A stretch of DNA of 64,000 nt from Octopus vulgaris (taxonomy: Eukaryota), in the NCBI GenBank assembly GCA_951406725.2, contig OX597827.1, positions 54,374,001 through 54,438,000 of the forward strand. The letters are read 5' to 3'. The notes under the pieces were generated by a model. The model ran no database searches, was not told the DNA's origin, and saw only the letters and a list, made by a program, of their open reading frames with translations. The translations under genes and the position numbers were made by a program. This document shows, piece after piece, positions 63,605-64,000 of this stretch; the first letter of the stretch is position 1; each line of letters starts with the position of its first letter.

Positions 63605-64000
63605 TTGGGTTGTCCAGAAAGTTCATGCCGATTTTTAAAGGAAAGAAAAAGGTCAATAAATACTTGCCATTACATTTTTAGTCAACCAAATATGAACCAT
63701 TTTGTTGCACAATGCGTTTCCATCTTTCCTTTAACTTGAAAATACCCTCTTCCCAGAATTGAGGTGGTTTCATGGCAAAGAACTCATCAAGGTATCTTTT
63801 TACATCATCCAAGGAATTGAAATTTTTACCATTAAGACTATTCTGCAGAGACCTGAATAAATGGAAATCCGAAGGAGCAATATCTCGTGAAAATGGAGGA
63901 TGGGGTAACACATCCCAGCCAGGCTGCAGCAATTTTTGTGTGGTTCCAAAAGCATCAAGTGCCGAAAATGAACTTTCTTATCTTTCCATTTTAAAGGGTT
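63605..64000 (-). mobile_element. Internally deleted mariner, third copy (runs off window)
   Basis: TA-TTGGGTTGTCCAGAAAGTTC TIR; WDVLPHPPFSRDIAPSDFHLFRSLQN; same junction as the other two copies. Confidence 0.9.

Overview
AT-rich eukaryotic genomic DNA with dense microsatellites and SINEs. The repeat landscape is what I associate with octopus (coleoid cephalopod) genomes, but this is an inference. Almost all ORFs in the supplied track are spurious. The one real host gene is on the + strand and is invisible to the track. It has 12 GT-AG exons between 1646 and 38404 that splice into one uninterrupted frame of 2340 nt (779 aa plus stop; the start codon lies upstream of the window). The protein aligns by eye, in order, with the N-terminal and middle helical bundles of alpha-catenin/vinculin. 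It then runs into a Ser/Cys/His-rich stretch and a stop, with no recognisable F-actin-binding tail in this window. The rest is repeat: at least three tRNA-type SINE families; RTE, CR1, R4/Dong-like and R2/NeSL-like LINE fragments; one full-length (1286 bp) decayed mariner; a thrice-repeated internally deleted mariner; piggyBac-like and pogo-like MITEs; and Tigger, Merlin and Helitron remnants, several of them nested. A recurring unannotated theme is short Penelope-like terminal-repeat remnants carrying minimal hammerhead-ribozyme motifs, one family with a compensatory U3-A8 core, together with long fold-back hairpins in the introns.
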